DNA of 61,360 nucleotides from Planctomycetia bacterium (GCA_016200205.1 JACQFF010000088.1:1-61360), one strand, 5' to 3'; positions 19,569 through 29,961 are shown, numbered from the stretch's first letter. Notes: generated by a model from the letters alone, not told the origin. Program-made: numbers and translations.

Positions 19569-20630
19569 ATGAAGTTTTCAATCTGCATCCCGAACTACAA
19601 CTATGAACGCTATCTGGGGCGCACGATCCAAAGTATTTTGGACCAGGATTACCAGGATCTGGAAATCCTCGTTTCCGATAACGCCAGCACCGACGGCTCC
19701 GTGGCCGTGGTGCAAGCGTTCAACGATCCGCGCATCCAACTGCACGTCAACGCCTGCAATGTCGGGTTTGGCGGCAATTTGGATCGGTCGGCCCGCATGG
19801 CCAGTGGCGCCTGCATGATCATGCTTTCCTCCGACGACTTGATGCGCCCCGGCGCGCTCGCCAGCTATCAGAAGTTTTTCGAATACTTGGGCCCCAAAAG
19901 CCGCGCGACCATAGCCAGCGCCAGTTGGGATGTGATTGACCCGAGCGATCGCGTGACGGGCCACTCCGGCCCGGACCCCAGCTTATGGACCCCGGCCGAC
20001 CGGCGACCGGAAATGGAAAAGCTGCTCGGGGCGCCGGTCTACGGCGTGGCGGCCGACGAGCTGCTGCGACGCTGTGTGCGGCAGATGAAGAATCCATTTA
20101 ATTTCGCGGCCACTGTCTACGCCACCGAGCTCTATCAGGCCGTGGAGGGATATGGCGGCGGCCGGTTGTTCAATCCCGACAAGTGGTTCCATTGGAAGGC
20201 GCTGGGAGTGGCCGAAACGGCCTACTTTATTGACCTGCGGCTCTTCGCCTACCGCTGGCACCCGGATAACCAGGCTGCCCAAGAGAGCGCGACCAGCGCT
20301 TTGAAGTTTTTGGTCGACGAATACGTATCGACGTTGGAGTTGGACGGCAATGTGCTGAAGCGGATTGGAATCTCGCGCGATGCAGTGTTGGACGCGTTTG
20401 TGGAATACGACATTGCCCGACACGGCCTGGCCACGCTGGCACGTGGGCAACGCCAGCGGGCGCGGCGAATCCTGGATTTCGGCCGCGCCGCCTATCCAGC
20501 GCACGTTCGACGCAATCGTCACGCCTGGGCGCTACAGGCACTGCTGGCACTGGGGCCTATCGGGCAACAGATCGCCGCCCGGGCTTATCGCTCGTATCGC
20601 GATCAAAACGGAAAACCGAGCCACGAATGA
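19569..20630 (+). CDS. Glycosyltransferase family 2
   Basis: SICIPNYN, DNASTDGS, SSDD. Confidence 0.9.
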   Translation: MKFSICIPNYNYERYLGRTIQSILDQDYQDLEILVSDNASTDGSVAVVQAFNDPRIQLHVNACNVGFGGNLDRSARMASGACMIMLSSDDLMRPGALASYQKFFEYLGPKSRATIASASWDVIDPSDRVTGHSGPDPSLWTPADRRPEMEKLLGAPVYGVAADELLRRCVRQMKNPFNFAATVYATELYQAVEGYGGGRLFNPDKWFHWKALGVAETAYFIDLRLFAYRWHPDNQAAQESATSALKFLVDEYVSTLELDGNVLKRIGISRDAVLDAFVEYDIARHGLATLARGQRQRARRILDFGRAAYPAHVRRNRHAWALQALLALGPIGQQIAARAYRSYRDQNGKPSHE

Positions 20631-20655
20631 GTGCTAAAATAGCGGTAACGGTTCG

Positions 20656-22059
20656 ATGGGGACGAATTCGAGCCGCGTCGCTTCCCGCGCGGTCGTCGTC
20701 CATTTTGGGCCTTTCATGAGTTCTCAATCTGCCATGCCCCTGTCGCCGTCGGTGATGACGGCTCGCTCGCCCAGCCGAATGGGCTCTAAACTCTCGATTT
20801 CAGGGCTGTCGATCAGCGGGGTGGTATTGTTCGCCATGTCCTTTCTGGTCGTGGCCTCCGGGTTCACCAGTTTGCGTCCCGACGTAATGGGGCTGGCTTT
20901 GCATCCCTATTTGATTCCCGTAGCGGTTGCCTTTCCACTGGTGTTGGTGACGCGCGTTCATGAATTCCCGATTCGCGTCATGTGCGCGTTGTTGGTTTTT
21001 ACCGGCATGTACTGTTTCTCGGTATTCAGCGGCGGCTCGATTGCCGTCGGAGAAATTTTCAAGACGGCTTCGGCCGTAATCACGATCGTGACGTGTGCGC
21101 TGTTGGTGCGGCGGCGCGGCGATTTCGTGGCCGGCGCGCTGGCATTGAGTATCGCCATCGCCCTGCTGGCATGGCACGGGTTGCAAGACGAAACCAAGTT
21201 GGGCGTCGAGGCCATGCAAGGCGCCAACAAAAACTCATATTCGCTGTTCGCCCTGCCCGCGATATTGATGGCGGGTTACATCGCCTTGCGGCTAAAGACG
21301 GTTCCGGTGGTGGTGAAAGGCATCCTGGTTGCCAGCACGCTGCCCACCTTGTTGGCTATCTTCATGAGCGGCAATCGATCCGGCTATTTGGGGGCCGTGG
21401 TGGTCGGTTTGATGCTATTTAAAGATCGCCGTGGTCGTGGCTTGATTCTGGTCGCGGCGATCACGGGTGCCGTGGCGTTTTTGATCCTGCAGTTCGGAAA
21501 CACGGCGGTGCTCGATCAGCGCATCAAGCAGACCATGGAGGGCAATAAGTCCGACGAACACCGCCGCGATATTCTTTTCGCGTGCCTGGACATCGGTTTG
21601 GAAAACCCGCTGATCGGCGTTTCTCCGCAGGTGTTGCCGTTCGAAATCGGCCGCCGCACTTCGGTGAAACACTCGCTGGGCCTTATCGAGGCGCACAACA
21701 TTTTCGCGCACGTCTTTGCCGGCAGCGGCGTGATTTGTTTTTTCGCGTTGATTGCCGTGGGCTGGGCGATGTGGTCCTGGAAGCCGCGCGGAGGCGGAAA
21801 GGTCGGCGGCAATGAAGATCCTCTGCGCGATGCCTTGCGCATGCTGCGAATGATGGTCATCCTGTGGGTGGTCCGCGGCATGTTTACCCGTGAAATCTTG
21901 TTTAATCCTTCGTTCAATATCGGGCTTGGTCTATCGATCGGACTCTGCATGCTGGCGGAGACCGTCCGTCCACGTGGAGGGGTCACGAGTTCCAAACCGT
22001 CGCCGTCGGCGTTGCCGCCGCCCGTCACGCCCGCTTTGCCGAGACCCGCGGCGGGATAG
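20656..22059 (+). CDS. O-antigen ligase/polymerase (Wzy_C) family membrane protein
   Basis: Many TM helices; NKN, MSGNRSG, periplasmic loop with R...NPLIGV and AHN motif; start could be 20716. Confidence 0.75.
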   Translation: MGTNSSRVASRAVVVHFGPFMSSQSAMPLSPSVMTARSPSRMGSKLSISGLSISGVVLFAMSFLVVASGFTSLRPDVMGLALHPYLIPVAVAFPLVLVTRVHEFPIRVMCALLVFTGMYCFSVFSGGSIAVGEIFKTASAVITIVTCALLVRRRGDFVAGALALSIAIALLAWHGLQDETKLGVEAMQGANKNSYSLFALPAILMAGYIALRLKTVPVVVKGILVASTLPTLLAIFMSGNRSGYLGAVVVGLMLFKDRRGRGLILVAAITGAVAFLILQFGNTAVLDQRIKQTMEGNKSDEHRRDILFACLDIGLENPLIGVSPQVLPFEIGRRTSVKHSLGLIEAHNIFAHVFAGSGVICFFALIAVGWAMWSWKPRGGGKVGGNEDPLRDALRMLRMMVILWVVRGMFTREILFNPSFNIGLGLSIGLCMLAETVRPRGGVTSSKPSPSALPPPVTPALPRPAAG

Positions 22060-22206
22060 CACACACGCATGAATCGATCTGGGTCCGCCGGCGCCTGATC
22101 TTCGGCACTCACGGCGGCGCGACCTCGACAGTTAAAAACTTTCAAGTCGCACGGTTCGACGCGGCAAGCGCGGGCTGGCGAATTTTCCGTTTCAGGAGAT
22201 TATTGT

Positions 22207-23937
22207 TTGGGACGCTGCATCCTCGGTTTGCACGCCAGCCACAACGCCAGCGCGTGCATCGGCGACGAGTCGGGCCTGATCTACGCGGTTCAAGAAGAGC
22301 GGCTGTCGGGCGAAAAGAATTTTTGGGGCTTTCCGCGATTGGCCTTGCAGGCCTGTTTGGATCGCGTCGGCGCCAAACCCGCGGACTTGCTTGCCACCAC
22401 GTATGGCGGCAACCAGGTCATCTGCCGCTACCATAGCCGCGACGATGTGATCCACGCCTTCCGCCGCCAATCGACCGTCGTCGGCAAACTGCGCCAACGA
22501 GTGGCCGTGCCGCTGGTAGCCGCCGTGCGCCCGAATTTTGGCCAAGCCAGGCTCAAAGCCCTCTTGGCCGAAGAGGGCTTTGGCGACACGAACATTTCGC
22601 ATCACGATCATCATCTCACGCACGCCGCAACGGCCTATTACGGGCTGCGCCAGGGCGCGCACGAAAAATACCTCGTGCTGACATGCGACGGGGCCGGCGA
22701 CAATGTCAGCGCGTCGGTTCGCGTCTGGGGCGATGGTCAATGCCAGGAAATTGCCACCACGCACGAAGGCGATTCGCTGGGCGGGATCTACACCTGGGTG
22801 ACCTTCGGCATGGGTTTTGTGCCGCTGGAACACGAATACAAGCTGATGGGCATGGGACCCTACGCCTCGGATCGCGCGGCCGAAGAAACCGCGAAAGTTT
22901 TTAAGCGCTATCTACGGCTTCGCCCCGATGGGCTTGGGTTTCAGCGTGGCACGCGGCGGCAAACGCACTTCTTGCACGAGACTTTGGAGCACGATCTGCG
23001 CGGCATGCGGTTCGACTACATCTGCGCCGGGCTGCAGCGCTTCACCGAGGATTTGCTCTGCGATTGGGTGCAGCATGCGGTGCGCGCGACCGGCGTGCGG
23101 CACGTGCTGGCGGCCGGCGGAGTGTTCATGAACGTCAAGGCCAACAAACGGATTTCCGAACTGCCCGAGGTCGATGCGTTCGAGGCCTTTCCCTCCTGCG
23201 GCGACGAGACCCTCTCGATTGGGGCCTTTTACCTGGAAGCGGCCCGGCGTTTCGGCGATGCGGCGGTCAAACCCCTGGAACATTTTTACCTGGCCGACGC
23301 GCCCCAGGAGCAAGACACCCTGGCGGCCTTGAAAAAGAGCGGCTTCTACTACGAGCGGCCGGCCGATATCGCTGATGCCGTGGCGCAACTGCTCGCAGCC
23401 GGTCATCCGGTGGCCCGCTGCGCCGGGCCGATGGAGTTTGGGGCGCGGGCCCTGGGCAATCGTTCGATCTTGGCCGATCCCAAATCCCAGGACGTGGTGC
23501 GTGTGATCAATCGCATGGTCAAGAAGCGCGATTTTTGGATGCCCTTCGCCCCAATGGTCAAAGAGGAACGGCAACACGACTACATCAAGAACCCAAAACA
23601 GCTTCGCAGCCCCTATATGATGATGACCTTCGATACGAAGGAGAATTTCCGCGATCTGATTGCCGCGGTGCACAACGCCGACTTGACGTGCCGGGCTCAG
23701 ATCTTGTCGCGCGCGCACAACCCCGCGATGCACGACATCTTGAACGCCTTCGAACGCCGCACGGGCGGTGGCGTCATCTTGAACACGTCGTTCAATCTGC
23801 ACGGGTTTCCCATCGTGCGCACGGCCGAAGAAGCCCTGGGCGTATTGCGAGAGAGTGGTTTGGAATACTTGCAAGTCAGCGACTACCTTGTGTACAAGAG
23901 GGCGCCCGCGGCCACCAACGGCGCGGCGTATCATTAG
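22207..23937 (+). CDS. Carbamoyltransferase (NodU/CmcH family), copy 1
   Basis: QEERL, HHLTHA, CDGAGD, EYKLMG, GGVFMN, EFGARALGNRS, PFAP, NTSFN; TTG start with CAGGAG RBS. Confidence 0.92.
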   Translation: MGRCILGLHASHNASACIGDESGLIYAVQEERLSGEKNFWGFPRLALQACLDRVGAKPADLLATTYGGNQVICRYHSRDDVIHAFRRQSTVVGKLRQRVAVPLVAAVRPNFGQARLKALLAEEGFGDTNISHHDHHLTHAATAYYGLRQGAHEKYLVLTCDGAGDNVSASVRVWGDGQCQEIATTHEGDSLGGIYTWVTFGMGFVPLEHEYKLMGMGPYASDRAAEETAKVFKRYLRLRPDGLGFQRGTRRQTHFLHETLEHDLRGMRFDYICAGLQRFTEDLLCDWVQHAVRATGVRHVLAAGGVFMNVKANKRISELPEVDAFEAFPSCGDETLSIGAFYLEAARRFGDAAVKPLEHFYLADAPQEQDTLAALKKSGFYYERPADIADAVAQLLAAGHPVARCAGPMEFGARALGNRSILADPKSQDVVRVINRMVKKRDFWMPFAPMVKEERQHDYIKNPKQLRSPYMMMTFDTKENFRDLIAAVHNADLTCRAQILSRAHNPAMHDILNAFERRTGGGVILNTSFNLHGFPIVRTAEEALGVLRESGLEYLQVSDYLVYKRAPAATNGAAYH

Positions 23938-23940
23938 ACA

Positions 23941-25164
23941 ATGATCGAGCAATCGTCGGATTTTCGATTGGGCATTATCTCCTGTCTGCCTGCCGCGCGC
24001 GACGGCCGTGGGCAGTTGTTGTGCAACCATTCCATCGGGCGACTGCTGGATATGCTGCGCGAGATAGTGCCGGGGGCGAAGCTTTGTATTCCGGTCCTGC
24101 CCGAGCCGCAGAGCAATATGGCGCACGCGCTGAGCTTCCCACCCCAAGACGTGGTGGATTTGCCGCCGCTCAAGAGCGTGATCCGGTCGCAGGCGCACTA
24201 CTTTCGAACGCGGAGCATTGTCCGCCGCTTTGCCCGCAGTGTCGACGTGTTGTTTATTCGCGTTCCGTTCCAAATTCCGACTGCCCTGGTCGGTCTGCGG
24301 ACGCCCAAGTTGTTGCACGTGGCGGGTAATCCCTACAACGTGATCGCCGCCTCGAGCGATTACCGGGGCTTGATGAAGAAACTTGCGCTGGGCTTCGCGT
24401 CGCATTCGAACGCCACTTTGCGGCGGATGGTCGCTGAACCGATGACGCGCACGGCTACCAACGGCCGCGAAATGTGGGACGTCTTGCGTTGCCGGGAGGG
24501 CCGCGTGGTGGTTTCTTCGTGCATTTACGAGCGCGAGATGAAGCCCCGCGAAAACTTGGCGCTGGGCAATCCCCCCAAACTGCTCTTTGTCGGCTATTTG
24601 CGGCCGGAGAAGGGCGTGCACAATCTGCTCGATGCGTTTGAGCAGCTTCGAAAAAAAGGCCCGCTCAAGCTGACGCTCGTCGGCGGAACCGACAAGACGA
24701 CCAACGCCGAGGCTTATGCTAACGAGCGGATTCGCAACAGCCCCTATCGCGACGACATTCAACTGACCGGAATGCTCGACTTCGGCGAACCGCTGTTCGA
24801 GCTGTACCGCGGCCACGACGTGTTCGTGCTGCCGAGCCTTTCGGAAGGCACGCCGCGGACGATCGTGGAAGCCCGCGCGTTCGGTTGCCCCGTCGTGGCG
24901 ACACGGACCGGCGGAATTCCGTCATCGGTGGAGCACGGCAAAAACGGATTGCTGGTGGAGCCAAATGATTCCACTGGGCTGGCGGCGGCGATCGATCGGA
25001 TTCTCACCGACCAGGCGCTGCGCGTTCGTTTGATCGACGAGGGCTTGCGCGGCTCGGCCGAACAGACTCTGGAATACTTCGCCGGTCAATTGGTCGACGA
25101 GCTCAGAATCCTGGCCCAGCAGTACCAGCGTCCAGGCGCCCATGAGCGAGCGCACGCCGGCTAA
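23941..25164 (+). CDS. Glycosyltransferase family 4
   Basis: FVGYLRPEKG, SLSEGTPRTIVEARAFGCPVV. Confidence 0.88.
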   Translation: MIEQSSDFRLGIISCLPAARDGRGQLLCNHSIGRLLDMLREIVPGAKLCIPVLPEPQSNMAHALSFPPQDVVDLPPLKSVIRSQAHYFRTRSIVRRFARSVDVLFIRVPFQIPTALVGLRTPKLLHVAGNPYNVIAASSDYRGLMKKLALGFASHSNATLRRMVAEPMTRTATNGREMWDVLRCREGRVVVSSCIYEREMKPRENLALGNPPKLLFVGYLRPEKGVHNLLDAFEQLRKKGPLKLTLVGGTDKTTNAEAYANERIRNSPYRDDIQLTGMLDFGEPLFELYRGHDVFVLPSLSEGTPRTIVEARAFGCPVVATRTGGIPSSVEHGKNGLLVEPNDSTGLAAAIDRILTDQALRVRLIDEGLRGSAEQTLEYFAGQLVDELRILAQQYQRPGAHERAHAG

Positions 25165-25178
25165 GCGGTTTTCAATCC

Positions 25179-26312
25179 ATGGGCACGGTCATCACCCCTT
25201 ACACCGAGGATTTTGTCGAAGCGGTCAAAGCTTTCAACGGTCGGTTGCTCGCCGGGGGTGCGGCGCTGACGTTTCCCGAAAGCCATATTCCCGCCTGGTT
25301 GCCCAAGATTGATGGCCGCAACATCTATCATGAATACTATCTGGCGGTCGAAGACGGCGCGGTTCGCGGGGCCTACATCCTCAAACATCAGCCGTTCTAT
25401 ATAAACGGAAGTACCATGCCATTGGCCGAATACCGACTGCCGCTTTCCGAAGGCCAGGTCGACAAGCAATTCGCTTCGGTCGCGGTGCAAATGTATTTGG
25501 ACGCGATGCGAAAGCAGCCCCAGCTTTACACGGTCGGCATCGGCGGATACCAGGAGGCCGCCGCGCAAATGCTCATTTCGGCCGGCTGGAATACCTCTCT
25601 GGTGCCATTCTATTTCCGCGTGCTGCATCCGGCTCGATTTTTGCGAAACATCGTCTACTTGCGGACCACGCCCGGGCGGCGGCTAGCGATGGACGCGCTG
25701 GCGATGAGCGGATTGGGCGCGGTGGCCGTGCATCTATATCAGGCCCGAAAAACCCGCCACCGGCCGCGCGACACGTCGGCGGTCGCGTACCACGTGGAGT
25801 CCGGCTTCGGGCCATGGGCCGACGAAATCTGGCAAGATGCTCGCGACAATTACGCCATGATCGCGGTCCGCGACGCGGCTATTCTGAACATTTTGTATCC
25901 CGCCAGCGATCCGCGCTGGATCCGGCTGAAGGTCACGTTCGAAGGTCGTATTGTCGGCTGGATGGTGGTGCTGAACGTCGCCATGCAGGGGCACAATTAT
26001 TTCGGCAATATGCGCGTCGGCTCGCTGATCGATTGCCTGGCCTTGCCGGGCATGGAGAGCAAGGTGACACGGGCCGCGACGCGGTATTTGAAGCGAAATC
26101 GGGCCGACATCGTGGTTACCAACTTATCGCATCGAGCCTGGCGGCCGGCTTTGGAATCGGCCGGTTGCTACGAGGGGCCCTCGAATTTCATTTTTGCCGC
26201 CTCCAAAAAAGTCTCGGCCTTGCTGCACCCCTTTGACGAAAAAAAAGAACAAGTGCACATGACCCGCGGCGATGGCGGCGGGCCACAGAATTTGCTCGCG
26301 GCCCGAAAGTAA
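25179..26312 (+). CDS. Hypothetical protein, possible GNAT-fold acyltransferase
   Basis: Intact 377-aa ORF in operon; VRDAAILNILYP, GSLID and RGDGG patterns recall tandem-GNAT proteins; fold call is tentative. Confidence 0.45.
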   Translation: MGTVITPYTEDFVEAVKAFNGRLLAGGAALTFPESHIPAWLPKIDGRNIYHEYYLAVEDGAVRGAYILKHQPFYINGSTMPLAEYRLPLSEGQVDKQFASVAVQMYLDAMRKQPQLYTVGIGGYQEAAAQMLISAGWNTSLVPFYFRVLHPARFLRNIVYLRTTPGRRLAMDALAMSGLGAVAVHLYQARKTRHRPRDTSAVAYHVESGFGPWADEIWQDARDNYAMIAVRDAAILNILYPASDPRWIRLKVTFEGRIVGWMVVLNVAMQGHNYFGNMRVGSLIDCLALPGMESKVTRAATRYLKRNRADIVVTNLSHRAWRPALESAGCYEGPSNFIFAASKKVSALLHPFDEKKEQVHMTRGDGGGPQNLLAARK

Positions 26313-26401
26313 ACGAAAACAGAAGGCCTGCTCACGCAAGCGTGAACACTGCATCGAGCACTTGGCAAGTAAACGAAAGAACTCGACGAAAAACAAACAT
26401 C

Positions 26402-28198
26402 GTGACATCCGGCCCCACTAAACCTGCTGAATACCTGCGGTTGGCGCGAGAAATCGAGGCGTCGCCCGTCGAGGGTGCTGCCAAGCTGGCCGTGCTGTCG
26501 ACCTTTACGGCCGAACTGCTGCGGCCGTTTCTCGTCGTCGAATGCCAGCGGCTGAACTGTCCCGTGCGCCCGTGGTTTGGTCCCTTTGGGCAATTAGAGC
26601 AGCAGGTGCTCGACGATCGTTCGCCGCTGGCTCAGCAATCACCCGACGTGTTGTGGCTTGCCTTGCGGTTGGAGGACATGGACCGTCACCTGGTTCATGA
26701 GAGTCCGGCGATCGGTCCCGCGGCCACGCGGCAGCGGTTGGATGCCATTCGGGAGCGCCTGGTCGGCTTGGCACGTTCGGCCCGGGCAAAATATCGCGCG
26801 TCGATTTTGGCAGCGAATCTGGCCGCCAGCGCCAGCCACGATACGAACGTTTTCGACGCTAACGATCCCGATGGGTTCGTGCATTTGTTGGCCGAGTGCA
26901 ATCGGCAATTGGCTCGCGATCTGGCGCAGATTCCCGATGCCCACGTGTTCGATTACGCCGGAACCGTGGCTGCTGCCGGGGCCGAGCGCTGGACGGATCC
27001 CAAGCTGTGGTACATGGCCCGTTCGGGGTGCAGTTCGCAGAACATGATTTTGCTGGCGCGCAAGCTGGCCCGCAGCGTCCGTGCGCTCATCAGGCCGGCG
27101 GCCAAGTGCGTAGTTCTCGATTTGGACAATACGCTGTGGGGCGGCGTGTTGGGCGATGACGGGCCGGAGGGGATAAAACTCGGCGACGACTACCCGGGCA
27201 ACGTATTCAAGGATTTTCAAGCGGCTCTGCTGGGTTTGCGTCGGCGCGGATTCTTGTTGGCCATCGCCAGCAAGAGCGATGAACAAACGGTGCTCGACAT
27301 GCTCGACTTGCACCCCGAGATGTTGTTGAAGCGCGAGCACTTCGCTTGCATTTGTGCCAATTGGAATCCCAAGCCGGCGAGTCTGCGGAAGATCGCCGAA
27401 ACACTCAATATCGGTTTGGATTCGCTGGTGTTTTTTGACGACAACCCCCTCGAACGGGCGACGATCCGCGCGGAATTGCCGATGGTGCACGTCGTCGACC
27501 TGCCGGCCGATCCGCTGGGCTATCTGGCTGCGCTCGGAGAAGTGGCGGCGCTCGACCGGCCACGGCTGCTCGACGAAGACCGCCAGCGGGCCGAAATGTA
27601 CGAGAGCGAAACCTTGCGCCGCCAGGTGCAAGACCAGGCCGTGAGCGTGGAAGACTTCTTGCGCAATTTGGAAATGACGGCCCAAGTCGGCAGGTGCGAT
27701 GCGAGCACGCTGGAACGAGTCCACCAGCTCATCCAGAAGACGAACCAATTCAACCTCACCACTCGGCGTCACAATGTCGACGATCTGCGGCGTTTCATGG
27801 ATTCGCCCGATGCGGCCGTGGCCTGGTTGCGACTGAGCGATCGTTACGGCGATTCGGGGCTGGTTTGCGTGGGAATCATCGACCGGCTGGACGACGAGAC
27901 CTGGGTCGTCGATACTCTGCTGATGAGCTGCCGCGTCATGGGGCGGCAGGTCGAGGACGCCTTTCTGGCTTATTTGGCCGAACTGGCCAGAGCAGCCGGG
28001 GCCAAGCGGTTGCGCGGAATTTATCGCCCGACCGCCAAGAACAGCCCCGTGCAAGATTTTTACAACAGTCGGGATTTCATCGATTTGGGCGGCGACGCCG
28101 AACACCTGTACGAGGCCGAGTTGGCGAGCCCCCTGTTCGCGTGGCCCGCGATGATCGAGCGCGTCCAACAGCAGAACAAGGAGAACGTGAGTGCCTAG
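26402..28198 (+). CDS. fkbH: FkbH-like HAD-IIIC glyceryl-ACP synthase with N-terminal extension
   Basis: DLDNTLWGG, FFDDNP, KTNQFNLT, DRYGDSG, LMSCRVMGR; start 26342 or 26402. Confidence 0.9.
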   Translation: MTSGPTKPAEYLRLAREIEASPVEGAAKLAVLSTFTAELLRPFLVVECQRLNCPVRPWFGPFGQLEQQVLDDRSPLAQQSPDVLWLALRLEDMDRHLVHESPAIGPAATRQRLDAIRERLVGLARSARAKYRASILAANLAASASHDTNVFDANDPDGFVHLLAECNRQLARDLAQIPDAHVFDYAGTVAAAGAERWTDPKLWYMARSGCSSQNMILLARKLARSVRALIRPAAKCVVLDLDNTLWGGVLGDDGPEGIKLGDDYPGNVFKDFQAALLGLRRRGFLLAIASKSDEQTVLDMLDLHPEMLLKREHFACICANWNPKPASLRKIAETLNIGLDSLVFFDDNPLERATIRAELPMVHVVDLPADPLGYLAALGEVAALDRPRLLDEDRQRAEMYESETLRRQVQDQAVSVEDFLRNLEMTAQVGRCDASTLERVHQLIQKTNQFNLTTRRHNVDDLRRFMDSPDAAVAWLRLSDRYGDSGLVCVGIIDRLDDETWVVDTLLMSCRVMGRQVEDAFLAYLAELARAAGAKRLRGIYRPTAKNSPVQDFYNSRDFIDLGGDAEHLYEAELASPLFAWPAMIERVQQQNKENVSA

Positions 28199-28433
28199 CC
28201 AGGTCGAGGAAAGAACGCGAAAAGTCGTCGCCGAGGTGTTTGGTCTGCCGTTGCTGGCAGTGACGGTCCAAACGTCGCACGAGACGGTGGACGACTGGGA
28301 CTCGTTGAACGTGCTCAATGTGCTGATGGCGATCGAAGGCGAATTCGACGTGTCGATCAGTCCCGAAGAAGCGGCCGAGTTTGTTTCGGTCGAGCGAATT
28401 TTGGCCGTCCTCCAGGGCAAGGGCGTTTCGTAG
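28191..28433 (+). CDS. Acyl carrier protein 1
   Basis: 80 aa, acidic, WDSL phosphopantetheine site; overlaps end of fkbH. Confidence 0.9.
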   Translation: MPSQVEERTRKVVAEVFGLPLLAVTVQTSHETVDDWDSLNVLNVLMAIEGEFDVSISPEEAAEFVSVERILAVLQGKGVS

Positions 28434-28448
28434 ACTGGAGCCGCAATC

Positions 28449-28847
28449 GTGCTTTGCGATTTGAAATTTCATCACATCGGGTTGGCGTGTCGCGACATGG
28501 CCAAGGATCGTCGCGATCACGAGTTGCTGGGCTACCGGGCCGAAGGCGAGGAGTTTGCCGATCCGCTGCAACGAATTCGCGGCCTGTTCATGACCCTGGG
28601 TCCAATGCGCGTGGAACTGCTGGAGCCGCTCGACGATACCTCGCCGCTGACCTCCTACCTCAAGCGAGGCATAAAAATCTACCACCAGTGTTTTCTCTGC
28701 GGCAACCTGGCGCATTCGATAGAAGTCCTGGAAGCCAACGGCGCGCGGCTGATATCCGCGCCCAAACCGGCGGTAGCGTTCGAAAATCGTCTCATTGCGT
28801 TTTTGATTCTGCCGAGTCAGATGTTGATTGAGCTGATCGAGGCTTGA
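28449..28847 (+). CDS. VOC-family protein, methylmalonyl-CoA epimerase-like
   Basis: FHHIG, ELLEP, YHQCF, IELIE metal-ligand pattern. Confidence 0.85.
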   Translation: MLCDLKFHHIGLACRDMAKDRRDHELLGYRAEGEEFADPLQRIRGLFMTLGPMRVELLEPLDDTSPLTSYLKRGIKIYHQCFLCGNLAHSIEVLEANGARLISAPKPAVAFENRLIAFLILPSQMLIELIEA

Positions 28848-28901
28848 GCGAGTCGTTCGTTCACTGGCAATCGTGATTTGGTGAAAGGGCCCGAGAGCAA
28901 C

Positions 28902-29948
28902 GTGGAACAAGCAATCGCAACTAGTTTGCCGTTCATTTCGGTCGTGATGGTCGTGCGGAACGAAGGTCCGTTCATCGCCCGCAGCTTGGAGCAGGTGCTG
29001 AAACAGGACTACCCCCGCGACCGCATGGAAATCATCGTGGCCGATGGCCTCTCGGACGACAACACGCGCGACGTGCTGGCCGACTATCAGCGGAAATATC
29101 CGTTTATTCAGGTTGTCGACAACCCCGGCCGGATCGTCGCCTCGGGACTGAACGTGGCGATCGATCGGGCGCAAGGCGAGCTGATCGTCCGCATCGATGG
29201 GCACGGCGAGGTGGCCACCGACTTTGTCAGCCAGGTGGTTCGCCTGATGGACGAGCATCCGGAAGCTTGGAGCGCCGGAGGGCCGATCGTGCATGCCGGC
29301 ACGAATCGCTTTGGCGAGGCGGTGGCGGTTGCCATGTCGCATCCGTGTGGAGTCGGGCTCGCCAGCCATCGATTCGCCAATTACGAAGGATACGTGGAAG
29401 GGGCCCATTTTCCCACGTTCCGCCGCTGGATTTTCGAACGCATCGGTAAATTCGACGAACAACTCGTGCGTACCGAGGACGACGAATTCAATTACCGCAT
29501 CGCCCAGGCCGGCGGAAAAATCTACGTGTCGCCGCGCGTGCGCTACGTCTATTATGTCCGGGACCGGCTCGGTAAATTGTTTCGTCAGTATTTCCAATAC
29601 AGCTTTTGGCGGATTCCCGTGGTCCGCAAACATCGCAAACCGACGACTTTGAGGCAGGTCGTGCCGCCGCTGTTTTTCCTGGCCATGTTCGTCCTGATCG
29701 GCGTCGGAATCTACTTGCGTCAGCCGCTGGTCGCCTTGGCCTTGCCGGCGATTTACGCGCTGGCGCTTACGCTGATTGCAATCTCGGTCATCCCGCGCAA
29801 AGGTCTGCTCGTGGCGAGCCTGGTTCCTTTGGCGCTGGCGACGATTCATTTCGCCTATGCCTTGGGAATCGCGTACGGCGCGTGGGCCACGCTCTTTCAC
29901 CCGCGAGCCTGGGATCAAACCGGCAGCATGTCAACACTCAATCGGTAA
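28902..29948 (+). CDS. Glycosyltransferase family 2 (ExoA-like)
   Basis: VRNE, DGLSDDNT, RIDGH, FDEQL, EDDEFNYR; C-terminal TM helices; start 28878-28902. Confidence 0.88.
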   Translation: MEQAIATSLPFISVVMVVRNEGPFIARSLEQVLKQDYPRDRMEIIVADGLSDDNTRDVLADYQRKYPFIQVVDNPGRIVASGLNVAIDRAQGELIVRIDGHGEVATDFVSQVVRLMDEHPEAWSAGGPIVHAGTNRFGEAVAVAMSHPCGVGLASHRFANYEGYVEGAHFPTFRRWIFERIGKFDEQLVRTEDDEFNYRIAQAGGKIYVSPRVRYVYYVRDRLGKLFRQYFQYSFWRIPVVRKHRKPTTLRQVVPPLFFLAMFVLIGVGIYLRQPLVALALPAIYALALTLIAISVIPRKGLLVASLVPLALATIHFAYALGIAYGAWATLFHPRAWDQTGSMSTLNR

Positions 29949-29961
29949 GCGGAAGCGGACC

